DNA of 64,000 nucleotides from Clostridiales bacterium. Its GTDB lineage: Bacteria > Bacillota > Clostridia > Monoglobales > WRBX01. Shown here piece by piece: positions 35,700 to 42,937 of the stretch. Under the pieces are notes generated by a model. That model saw only the letters and a list, made by a program, of their open reading frames with translations, made no database searches and had not been told where the DNA came from. The DNA lies in contig JAISIR010000001.1 in assembly GCA_031261985.1 (NCBI GenBank), positions 72,009-136,008 of the forward strand, written 5' to 3'. Numbering within the stretch: position 1 is the stretch's first letter; every line of letters starts with the position of its first letter. A program made the position numbers and the translations under genes.

Positions 35700-35722
35700 T
35701 ATGTTAAATTTGTGTTAAATTT
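35700..35722 (-). promoter_or_regulatory. TTAACA-N5-TTAACA upstream element, site d (gene 34986..35606)
   Basis: Plus strand reads TATGTTAAATTTGTGTTAAATTT. Lies 17 nt upstream of TTGATA (35682-77). Confidence 0.55.
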
Positions 35723-35816
35723 TTAAAATAATAGGGTAAATTATCAAAAACAGGGCGGTTTACATATTTATAAATAGTGGGGATAATGCGGAAATTACAT
35801 AGAGGTGTAGAGTGAT

Positions 35817-37475
35817 ATGAATATAAAACATTGCAATTGGCACAGTCATAAAAAATGTTGTAAATGTTGTGTGTGTTGCGCAGGCGGAGGTTCGGGTAGT
35901 GTGGGTCCGACAGGACCGACAGGACCGATGGGACCGACAGGGGCTACAGGCGCGATGGGGCCTAAAGGTGACACAGGTGCGACGGGCGAAACGGGTATAC
36001 AAGGTGTAGAAGGCGAGCAGGGGGTGCAAGGAATCGCTGGTAGCACGGGGCCGACAGGCGAGCGTGGCGAAAAGGGCGACACAGGGGCGAGTGGTGCGAC
36101 AGGGGCTACAGGCGAGCAAGGACTTCAAGGGATTCAGGGCATTCAGGGGATTCAAGGGGTAAAAGGGGACACAGGTGCGTCGGGCGAACGTGGGGAAACA
36201 GGAGCGACGGGAGCAACTGGGCTTCAGGGGATTCAAGGCGAGCAAGGTGTGGCAGGCGCGACGGGTGCTACAGGCGAGCGTGGAGAGAAAGGTGACACAG
36301 GCGACACAGGTCCGCAGGGATTACAAGGAGCCCAGGGTGAGACAGGTCCGCAAGGTATTCAAGGCGTACCGGGCGCGGCGGGCGAAGTTGGCTCGTTAAA
36401 AGGTGCATATGACACTTTAGAAGATTTACAGGCAGCACACCCGACAGGGAATGCTGGCGATGCGTATTATATTCAACCAGACCTATACATATGGGACACG
36501 ACGACGAACTCGTGGCTTAACATTGGCGAAATTGCAGGGCCGCAGGGTGTGACAGGTCCGCAGGGGGTACAAGGCCCGCAAGGTGATACAGGGGCGACGG
36601 GACCTAAAGGCGACACAGGTGCAACTGGGGCGACTGGCAGCACTGGAGCAGCGGGATCGACAGGGGCAACAGGTGCGACGGGGTTGCAGGGCGTTCAGGG
36701 GATTCAAGGTGACACAGGAGCGACAGGCGAGCGTGGCGAGAAGGGGGATACCGGTGACACAGGTGCGCAAGGGGTTCAGGGGGAGCAAGGGATTCAAGGT
36801 ATACCAGGTGCGACGGGGGCGACTGGGGGCATTGGAGCAACAGGTGCGACGGGCGAGAAAGGTGACACAGGCGACACAGGTCCGCAGGGCATTCAGGGTG
36901 TGCAAGGAGTGCAGGGGGTTCAAGGCGTAGTAGGTCCGACGGGACCGACAGGAGCGGCTGGCGAGGCAGGGCCAATGGGACCGACGGGGGATACAGGACC
37001 GATGGGGTCGACAGGTCCGACGGGGACTTGTGATTGTTCGGCTTTAGAAGAGAGAATAACGAATCTGGAAACAGAAATAAGGACAATAGTATCGGAAATT
37101 ACGCCGTCGACAGTGCGGACGGCATTAACTGAGGAGCCGACACTTAGCGGGATAGGGACTAGCGTTATAAACACAGGCGACACCTTTAATTTTTGGGGGA
37201 CGAATGAACTGACTCAGGCGGCTTCGCTTAATAATGGGCAGACATACTATATTGCGACGTCTGACCAATTCCCTGAACTAAAGAACTACCAAGGCTCGCC
37301 GACTATTACCACCATGTGGATAGAGAAGCCCGACGGAACGACTCAGACGGTGCCTGTGTATTTTGATTCGAATGGGATATATTTTACGCCGTCGTCTTCG
37401 ATTAATAATTTGCCAATAGGCACATCGTTTAAGTTTACGCAGGCGTTGATTTTGGATAGCGGGGATATAAGTTAG
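35817..37475 (+). CDS. Collagen-like triple-helix repeat protein (BclA/exosporium-type) with Cys-rich N-terminus and globular C-terminal domain
   Basis: Two long G-X-T/G-X-Q triplet arrays are separated by a ~50-aa non-collagen insert. N-terminus is [13 protein letters not shown]-terminal heptad segment [16 protein letters not shown] precedes a ~130-aa beta-rich domain. Confidence 0.85.
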   Translation: MNIKHCNWHSHKKCCKCCVCCAGGGSGSVGPTGPTGPMGPTGATGAMGPKGDTGATGETGIQGVEGEQGVQGIAGSTGPTGERGEKGDTGASGATGATGEQGLQGIQGIQGIQGVKGDTGASGERGETGATGATGLQGIQGEQGVAGATGATGERGEKGDTGDTGPQGLQGAQGETGPQGIQGVPGAAGEVGSLKGAYDTLEDLQAAHPTGNAGDAYYIQPDLYIWDTTTNSWLNIGEIAGPQGVTGPQGVQGPQGDTGATGPKGDTGATGATGSTGAAGSTGATGATGLQGVQGIQGDTGATGERGEKGDTGDTGAQGVQGEQGIQGIPGATGATGGIGATGATGEKGDTGDTGPQGIQGVQGVQGVQGVVGPTGPTGAAGEAGPMGPTGDTGPMGSTGPTGTCDCSALEERITNLETEIRTIVSEITPSTVRTALTEEPTLSGIGTSVINTGDTFNFWGTNELTQAASLNNGQTYYIATSDQFPELKNYQGSPTITTMWIEKPDGTTQTVPVYFDSNGIYFTPSSSINNLPIGTSFKFTQALILDSGDIS

Positions 37476-37605
37476 GAAAAATAATTGAGAATTGAGAATG
37501 CAGAATGCAGAAATAATGTAATAAATTTTCACTAACGCTCAAATTTACAAACATGCAAAAAATATTACAAAATAGTTAAATTATTGTTACTTTTGTTGGT
37601 TTATG

Positions 37606-37634
37606 TTGATTTTTATCGAAATATTAGATATAAT
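37606..37634 (+). promoter_or_regulatory. Promoter of small-peptide mRNA, copy 2
   Basis: TTGATT, 17 nt, then TATAAT. Confidence 0.6.
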
Positions 37635-37712
37635 ACTCTCGGTAGTATAATGAAGGGGATATTCAGCTTGTGACGGATTGCTTCCTTGCTCAACAGCAGG
37701 GAGGTGGTGCCG

Positions 37713-37784
37713 ATGAAGAAATTTATGATTGCTTTTGTAATTATACTTATTCTCGCGGCAATCTTTGCTACTCCTGTAATTTAG
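37713..37784 (+). CDS. 23-aa hydrophobic peptide MKKFMIAFVIILILAAIFATPVI (candidate type I toxin, copy 2)
   Basis: Paralog of 23685..23756 with the same SD context (GGGAGGTG), same length and only conservative substitutions. Confidence 0.45.
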   Translation: MKKFMIAFVIILILAAIFATPVI

Positions 37785-37789
37785 AGTAA

Positions 37790-37886
37790 CAAAAACAACC
37801 GTCGCATCTTTGGAAAGGGACGACGGTTGATATATTCACAATAATCCAAGGAAGCTAACCGAAACATTCGGTCTTCCCCTTTTGTT
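37790..37886 (-). ncRNA. Predicted ~100-nt antisense RNA (candidate antitoxin, copy 2)
   Basis: Minus-strand TTGACA-17-TATAAT (37893..37921), and a hairpin CAACCGTCG/CGACGGTTG followed by a T-run on the minus strand. Ends are inferred. Confidence 0.4.
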
Positions 37887-37892
37887 ACTACC

Positions 37893-37921
37893 ATTATACT
37901 ACATAATTAATCATTTGTCAA
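37893..37921 (-). promoter_or_regulatory. Convergent antisense promoter, copy 2
   Basis: Minus strand reads TTGACA (37921-16), 17 nt, then TATAAT (37898-93). Confidence 0.6.
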
Positions 37922-37927
37922 TATTTT

Positions 37928-39022
37928 TTATCTAGGCGCGACCATATAGAGCATTTTAGCAGTCGCAAGCCTCATTATATGTTCTAGCACTTCAGGATTA
38001 TTCGTGTTTTCGATTGCAGCTACAATTTCTGGCGCAATCTTTACCTCTGGTTTATTGTTTGGCTTATCCTCGCGTGCCTTTTCTAAAACAGCGGCGACAC
38101 TTTTTCGCGTAACGCGTTTTTTGCTTTCAAGAATCGGCTTAATTTCCTCTAGTTTTTTAGGACTAATCCAATACTTATTGCTATTATCTTTAGCGTAAGC
38201 GTCTTTTAATGCCTCAACACTTTTTATTCCCGCTTTATACAAATGGAATTCGGTAATATCACCAAGTTTTAAAGTAGTAAGAGGGGTCTTCTTTTGCTGA
38301 ATCGCCTCGACGTAAGCCTCGATATCTTTTAAGCCGTCAGAATTAAATATCTCGCTTAATATTTCAGGCTTATTTTGATATGTTTTTACTAAATCTTTTT
38401 CTTTAAATATTCCGTTATAATTCAAGTAGTAGATATTACCAGAGCCTAGCACATTGACGTCTAAAAAACCTTTAGGTGTCATGTCATTTTTGTACATACA
38501 TTCCACTATTTTTGTAATCAGACTTTTTTCTACTTTTGCTTTACGCAACTTTGATATAATACTAGATGTTTTGGCTGCATCTTTAAAATCGTTCATATTC
38601 TTAATACCTATAGAATGCAACGCAGCAACAACATCATCAGCGCGAACATCATTTTTGAAGTAAGTTCTTAGACGAAGGTCGCGAGGTTGATATTGTGATA
38701 ACTCTGGAAGTTCTTCTAACACGTTAAAAGCACCGTGAATTCTGCGAGCAATACGATTTGCATCATAATCTTTAAAAATCTCTTTATGCTCGCTGGCTTT
38801 TAAGAATTCTTCTATTTCTTCTTCACACTTTGGTTTACCGTCGTTAAGACCATAACGCTCTTGCAATGGCAGGCGATATTCAATATCTAGCTCAGATATT
38901 TTGTCTTTTATAAACTGGATCACATCAAAATTGTAATCGGTTAAAGACACACCACCTTCTTTAACTAAATGTTTGAATAAATTTTCGTAATTTTTCTCGT
39001 ACATAAGTTTTAATCTCCCCAT
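37928..39022 (-). CDS. Hypothetical protein (364 aa) with a sigma-region-4-like RYGLNDGKP segment
   Basis: Long ORF. The ATG at 39004 (MYEKNY), preceded by GGGGAGA, is an equally good start. Served by promoter TTGACT-17-TATAAT at 39046..39074. Confidence 0.6.
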   Translation of the reverse strand: MGRLKLMYEKNYENLFKHLVKEGGVSLTDYNFDVIQFIKDKISELDIEYRLPLQERYGLNDGKPKCEEEIEEFLKASEHKEIFKDYDANRIARRIHGAFNVLEELPELSQYQPRDLRLRTYFKNDVRADDVVAALHSIGIKNMNDFKDAAKTSSIISKLRKAKVEKSLITKIVECMYKNDMTPKGFLDVNVLGSGNIYYLNYNGIFKEKDLVKTYQNKPEILSEIFNSDGLKDIEAYVEAIQQKKTPLTTLKLGDITEFHLYKAGIKSVEALKDAYAKDNSNKYWISPKKLEEIKPILESKKRVTRKSVAAVLEKAREDKPNNKPEVKIAPEIVAAIENTNNPEVLEHIMRLATAKMLYMVAPR

Positions 39023-39081
39023 TAAAAAGTTTTAAATTCCTTAACATTATACCACATAATACCTAACAAGTCAATAGATTT

Positions 39082-39101
39082 TATGTTAAGTTTGTGTAAA
39101 G
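39082..39101 (-). promoter_or_regulatory. Degenerate TTAACA-N5-TTxACA element, site e (gene 37928..39022)
   Basis: Plus strand reads TATGTTAAGTTTGTGTAAAG. Lies only 7 nt upstream of the -35 of TTGACT-17-TATAAT (39046..39074). Confidence 0.4.
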
Positions 39102-39180
39102 TATATGGGTGCATCCTCAAATTTGTATAAATCCGCCTTTGATTGTAAATAATACTACTACAAATTGAGGAGGTTTTTTT

Positions 39181-41583
39181 ATGCCCCAAGGCGCGACGCA
39201 AACTAACGAGAATCATGATAACTCTGAAATTAAGGCGGTTATAATGTGTGGAGGTGGCGGGACTAGGCTGCGCCCCCTTACTTGTGATATCCCTAAACCC
39301 ATGTTACCTATTATGGGCAAACCTGCGCTGTTGCATATAATAAACCTGCTTAAAAAGCATGGAATTACCAATATAATTATTACTTTGCAATATCTGCCCC
39401 AAGTAGTTATAGATTATTTTGGTGACGGTCGTGATTTTGGCGTGAACATCGAATATTTTATCGAGCGTGTGCCGCTTGGGACGGCTGGCTCGGTTAAGAA
39501 TGCCCAAAGCTCGCTTAGTGATACATTTTTAGTTATAAGTGGCGATAGTGTGACAGATATCGATTTAACGCGCGCGTTAGATTATCATTCTACTAAAAAT
39601 GCCGATGCCACCCTTGTGCTTACCACCGTTGATAAGCCTTATGAGTATGGCGTGGTCGAGACCGAGAGCGATGGGCATATTAATAAGTTCTTAGAGAAGC
39701 CCGATTGGACGGAAGTGTGGACTAACACCGTTAATACAGGAACATATATACTTAAAAAAAGTGTGCTTAATAAGTTCTCGGCTAACGAGATGTTCGATTT
39801 CGCATCCGACCTCTTCCCTATGATGCTTAGTGATGGTGATGAGATTTATGGGTACACAGCCGCTGGATATTGGTGCGATATTGGCGATGCTAAAGCGTAC
39901 GCTATGTGTCATAACGATATATTAGACGGTAAAATTGTGTTGGATATTGATGCCGATTACACTTCGGTTGATTCATCTAAAGCTAATATTCACAAAGATG
40001 CTATAGTAGGCAGCCCGTGTTATATTGGCGAGGGCGTAAAAGTTGGTGCAGGTGCGTATGTATCTGCCTATAGTGTGTTAGGCGATAATTGCAAGGTAGG
40101 CGATAACGCTCGGGTTAACAGCTCTATTTTTCATGATAGGGTAACAGTTGGCGCGTCGACGAGTATAAGTAATTCTATTGTGTGTCAAAATAGCAAGATA
40201 GGAGATTTTACCACGCTGCACGATGCTAGCATTATAGGCGCTAACTGTGTTGTAGATGATATGGTAACGGTTCACCCTTCAATTAAAATTTGGTCGAACA
40301 AGCATATCGAACAAGGGGCGAATGTGCACTCTAACCTTGTATGGGGCGACCATTACACGCGCAAGCTATTTGGCGATGATGCAATTGTAGGCGAGGTTAA
40401 TGTAGATATAACTCCCGAATTTGCCACGCGGCTTGGGACTACCTTTAGCGCGTTATTCAAAGGTGGGCATATAGGTATAGGGTATGGCAGCGGCGGGGCT
40501 TTGTTAATGCTTAAAAATGCCTTTATAGCTGGCTTACTATCTAGTGGTGCCGAAGTGTACGATTTTGATGTGCAAACGCTGCCGACGGCGCGGAATGCTA
40601 TCGCCTTTTACAAGCTAGATGGCGGGGTGCATTTAGCATATAATCCCGATGATGAAAAACCTAAGCTAACCATTAGTTTTTTAGATTCAAACGGTGGTAA
40701 TATAGTTAGGGCTAAAGAGCGAAAGCTAGAGCAAATGTTTAATCGTGAGGATTACACTCGTGCCGAAGCAGAAGAGATTGCCAATGTAAATAAACTGACA
40801 GATTATAATCTGTTTTATCTGCACAGGTTGCTTAATTACGATGACACAGCCAAGCAAATAGACCGCATGCGTATGCCAATTAGTGTAGAGTGTAATAATA
40901 AGGTAGCGTGCGAGCTGGCTAACACCGTCCTTAAAAAGATAGGCGCGGGCGTGTATACATCTGCCGATGAAGTGAATAATATGGTAACAGCGCACATTGA
41001 TGATTTAGGTGAGAATGTTGTTTTATATGACGAAAAAGGGCATAAACTAACGTCGCAGCAATATTTGTATTTGCAATGTAAAATGATACTAGAGTGGGAT
41101 AAAGCTCAAAAAATAGTCGTGCCTATGACGGCGAGCAATTGGATAGACGATTTAGCAGCTAGGCATGGGGCCGAAGTGTTGCGGAGTAAAATTACTAAGT
41201 CAGACATTCAGCAAACGCTATTGCAAAACAAGCTGGATTATCAGTTTAAGCTAATGTTTGATGCTAACTTTATGTTGCTTCAATTGTGCCGATATATGAA
41301 TATAAATCGCATGAAGCTGTGGGATATTGTATCCACCCTGCCGACTATGTATTTTGCAAGCAAGGAGATTGAAGTGGACGACGAAGTGAAATCGCAAGTT
41401 CTAGGTAATTTAGCGCGCAGAGTAGACGGGATATTTGATTCTAGCGAGCTAAACGGTGGGCTTAAACTAGCGCGAGATAACGGTTGGGTAATGGTTAGCC
41501 CAGTTAAGCATACTAATAAGTTTAAAGTTGTAGCCGAGGGCGCAACGCAAGAGATAGCCGATGAGTTAACAGGTATGATTTAG
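39181..41583 (+). CDS. Sugar-1-phosphate nucleotidyltransferase + left-handed beta-helix + phosphohexomutase-like domain fusion
   Basis: N-terminal GGGGTRLRPLT..PKPMLP signature. Hexapeptide-repeat region near aa 270-370. The C-terminal ~400 aa resemble PGM/PMM domains. GAGGAGG SD. Confidence 0.8.
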   Translation: MPQGATQTNENHDNSEIKAVIMCGGGGTRLRPLTCDIPKPMLPIMGKPALLHIINLLKKHGITNIIITLQYLPQVVIDYFGDGRDFGVNIEYFIERVPLGTAGSVKNAQSSLSDTFLVISGDSVTDIDLTRALDYHSTKNADATLVLTTVDKPYEYGVVETESDGHINKFLEKPDWTEVWTNTVNTGTYILKKSVLNKFSANEMFDFASDLFPMMLSDGDEIYGYTAAGYWCDIGDAKAYAMCHNDILDGKIVLDIDADYTSVDSSKANIHKDAIVGSPCYIGEGVKVGAGAYVSAYSVLGDNCKVGDNARVNSSIFHDRVTVGASTSISNSIVCQNSKIGDFTTLHDASIIGANCVVDDMVTVHPSIKIWSNKHIEQGANVHSNLVWGDHYTRKLFGDDAIVGEVNVDITPEFATRLGTTFSALFKGGHIGIGYGSGGALLMLKNAFIAGLLSSGAEVYDFDVQTLPTARNAIAFYKLDGGVHLAYNPDDEKPKLTISFLDSNGGNIVRAKERKLEQMFNREDYTRAEAEEIANVNKLTDYNLFYLHRLLNYDDTAKQIDRMRMPISVECNNKVACELANTVLKKIGAGVYTSADEVNNMVTAHIDDLGENVVLYDEKGHKLTSQQYLYLQCKMILEWDKAQKIVVPMTASNWIDDLAARHGAEVLRSKITKSDIQQTLLQNKLDYQFKLMFDANFMLLQLCRYMNINRMKLWDIVSTLPTMYFASKEIEVDDEVKSQVLGNLARRVDGIFDSSELNGGLKLARDNGWVMVSPVKHTNKFKVVAEGATQEIADELTGMI

Positions 41584-41633
41584 ATTTTGAGTTGTAATAT
41601 GCAAAAAATTTTATTATTAATATTAACAGGCTA

Positions 41634-41710
41634 ACGCGCGAATGAATCGCACCTTAGCTTCTAAAGTTATTTGGATATTTTCGGCGACAAGCTGCCGAAA
41701 ATTTGTTTTT
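41634..41710 (+). repeat. Two-hairpin intergenic repeat, copy R1
   Basis: ..GCGAATGAATCGC..GCTTCTAAAGTTATTTGGAT-ATTTTCGGC-GACAAGCT-GCCGAAAAT-TTGTTTTT. Lies downstream of gene 39181..41583. Confidence 0.8.
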
Positions 41711-41735
41711 ATGATAATTATTTTTGCCAAAAGTA

Positions 41736-41764
41736 TTGACAAAAAAGATAAAATGTGTTAAAAT
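41736..41764 (+). promoter_or_regulatory. Promoter of tRNA-Ser(TGA)
   Basis: TTGACA, 17 nt, then TAAAAT with a TGT extended -10. Confidence 0.55.
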
Positions 41765-41830
41765 TAAAAAAGTGACGGGCGAGTGTTTTTTGCTTTGTGT
41801 CACTTAAAATTATTACAAAAAATTCAATTC

Positions 41831-41917
41831 GGAGAGATGGCCGAGTGGTTTAAGGCGCTAGTCTTGAAAACTAGTGATGCGAAAGCACCGTGGGTTCAAA
41901 TCCTACTCTCTCCGCCA
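41831..41917 (+). tRNA. tRNA-Ser (anticodon TGA), type II, CCA encoded
   Basis: Acceptor GGAGAGA/TCTCTCC, anticodon stem CTAGT/ACTAG with loop CTTGAAA, a long variable arm, T loop TTCAAAT, then G-CCA. Confidence 0.9.
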
Positions 41918-42010
41918 GTCGAGATAGCGTTATAGGAGTTTTTTATTAAGCTCAAATAACGCTCTTTTTTATTTAATTTTTTATATTTTTGCGTAAAATG
42001 TAAAATGTAC

Positions 42011-42039
42011 TTGACATTAAATGTAAAGTATGCTATACT
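42011..42039 (+). promoter_or_regulatory. Promoter of the XRE regulator operon
   Basis: TTGACA, 17 nt, then TATACT. Confidence 0.55.
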
Positions 42040-42057
42040 ATAATTGGAGGTGGATAA

Positions 42058-42273
42058 ATGAAGATAACAAATCAAATTGCGCGTTTTAGAAAAGAGACGA
42101 AGACATCGCAGGCGGAGTTGGCGGCGGCGGTTGGCGTTACGCGGCAGACGATAATTAGCCTTGAGGGCGGAAAATATATTGCGAGCTTGCCGCTAGCGTA
42201 TAAAATTGCGCGGAATTTTGGTAGGACTATTGAAGAAACATTTAATTTGGAAGGAGTTTTTAACAATGAATGA
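42058..42273 (+). CDS. XRE-family helix-turn-helix transcriptional regulator (71 aa)
   Basis: The SQAELAAAVGVTRQTIISLEGGK HTH pattern, with GGAGGTG SD. Confidence 0.85.
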   Translation: MKITNQIARFRKETKTSQAELAAAVGVTRQTIISLEGGKYIASLPLAYKIARNFGRTIEETFNLEGVFNNE

Positions 42274-42706
42274 AGAAAAATTTAGAGTAAAAGTAAAACA
42301 AAAAGCGACGATGTCGTTCGTAATAGCTGCATTGGGGCTGCTTTTGCTAAACGCATCAAGGCTAGATGGCTATTTTGTGCCAGAGAATTTCGGGTATGTG
42401 TCAGGGTATTACCTCGGCGTATCACTCGGGTTTATATTCGGCGGAGTAATACATGGGATAATACTGCTACGCCTGCTTAAAAACGAGACAAAAGTAAAAA
42501 CAAAATTTTTAGAAGCAACTGACGAAAGAAATATCGCAATAAACGAAAAATCGGCAGTTTTAACGCTGTATGTGGGTGTAATCGGTTTGCTTTTCGCAAC
42601 ATTTTTTATGAAAACCGAGCAGGAAATACAAATGCTGCTATATACCGCCTTCGGTCTAGTTTTGGTGTATTTATTTGCTAAAATGTTTTATAATAATAAG
42701 ATGTAA
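42266..42706 (+). CDS. Small membrane protein co-transcribed with the XRE regulator
   Basis: ATG 42266 (MNEEKFRV) is preceded by GGAAGGAG and overlaps the XRE stop by 8 nt. Four hydrophobic spans. The track start at 42206 lies inside the XRE gene and is unlikely. Confidence 0.6.
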   Translation: MNEEKFRVKVKQKATMSFVIAALGLLLLNASRLDGYFVPENFGYVSGYYLGVSLGFIFGGVIHGIILLRLLKNETKVKTKFLEATDERNIAINEKSAVLTLYVGVIGLLFATFFMKTEQEIQMLLYTAFGLVLVYLFAKMFYNNKM

Positions 42707-42796
42707 CGCTAATTGTGGCTAAATATTCACTTTCTCATAAACGTATGATGGCAACGTAGCTCGAGATTTCGCATCGAATATTTGTATTGTATAAAT

Positions 42797-42875
42797 ACAC
42801 TTCGGCGAGTGAATCCGCCGAAGCTTCTAAAGGAAATATGATATTTTCGGCGACAAGCTGCCAAAAATCTGTTTC
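42797..42875 (+). repeat. Two-hairpin intergenic repeat, copy R2
   Basis: CTTCGGCG-AGTGAATC-CGCCGAAG, linker GCTTCTAAAG.., then ATTTTCGGC-GACAAGCT-GCCAAAAAT. Lies between convergent genes. Confidence 0.8.
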
Positions 42876-42937
42876 TATAATAAATTTCTTAAAATCTAAG
42901 TTCTTAATTGAATTTAGTTTTTTTGTTTAGCTTGGCT

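Larger units (their letters stand above)
37563..37925 (+). repeat. ~365-bp small-peptide/antisense module, copy 2
   Basis: Paralog of 23535..23900 in the same orientation. Confidence 0.8.

Noticed and set aside
35760-37183. Several 74-161-aa ORFs on both strands and in alternate frames inside the collagen-like gene (for example 35760..36245 -, 36483..36923 -, 36583..36930 +, 36604..37086 -).
   Set aside because: They are frame shadows of the GGN-NNN-NNN triplet-repeat DNA. Their translations are low-complexity R/P/C/S-rich strings. The G-X-Y frame with start, SD and a folded C-terminal domain is the only coherent reading.
23535-37925. The two ~365-bp direct repeats might be the ends of a 14-kb composite transposon or genomic island.
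   Set aside because: There is no transposase, integrase or recombinase between them. The interval includes a housekeeping gene (prmC) and a tRNA. The repeats are only about four-fifths identical, with element-specific conservation. They are better explained as two independent paralogous loci.
39022-39216. 64-aa minus-strand ORF spanning the 37928..39022 / 39181..41583 divergent promoter region. The same applies to the many other 60-110-aa track ORFs antisense to long genes.
   Set aside because: They have no SD. They overlap promoters or sit opposite well-supported conserved genes. Their composition is typical of antisense shadows in AT-rich DNA.
41634-41710. The two-hairpin repeats might be the RNA targets of the ANTAR protein encoded at 17713..18087.
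   Set aside because: Known ANTAR substrates have two hairpins with hexanucleotide loops (A at position 1, G at position 4). Here the loops are 8-9 nt (AGTGAATC, GACAAGCT), and only loop 1 can be forced into an AxxG register. No evidence links them.
41991-42033. AAATGTAA repeats flank the XRE promoter and recur at 55264..55287 upstream of the giant surface-protein gene, which might mark a shared operator.
   Set aside because: The 8-mer is A/T-rich. By a rough hand estimate, in DNA of this composition it should occur several times per 64 kb by chance, so the co-occurrence is not significant on this evidence.
42206-42265. The upstream start (42206) given by the track for the membrane-protein ORF.
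   Set aside because: It would overlap the XRE gene by 68 nt with no SD. ATG 42266 has GGAAGGAG at proper spacing and gives a sensible N-terminus.
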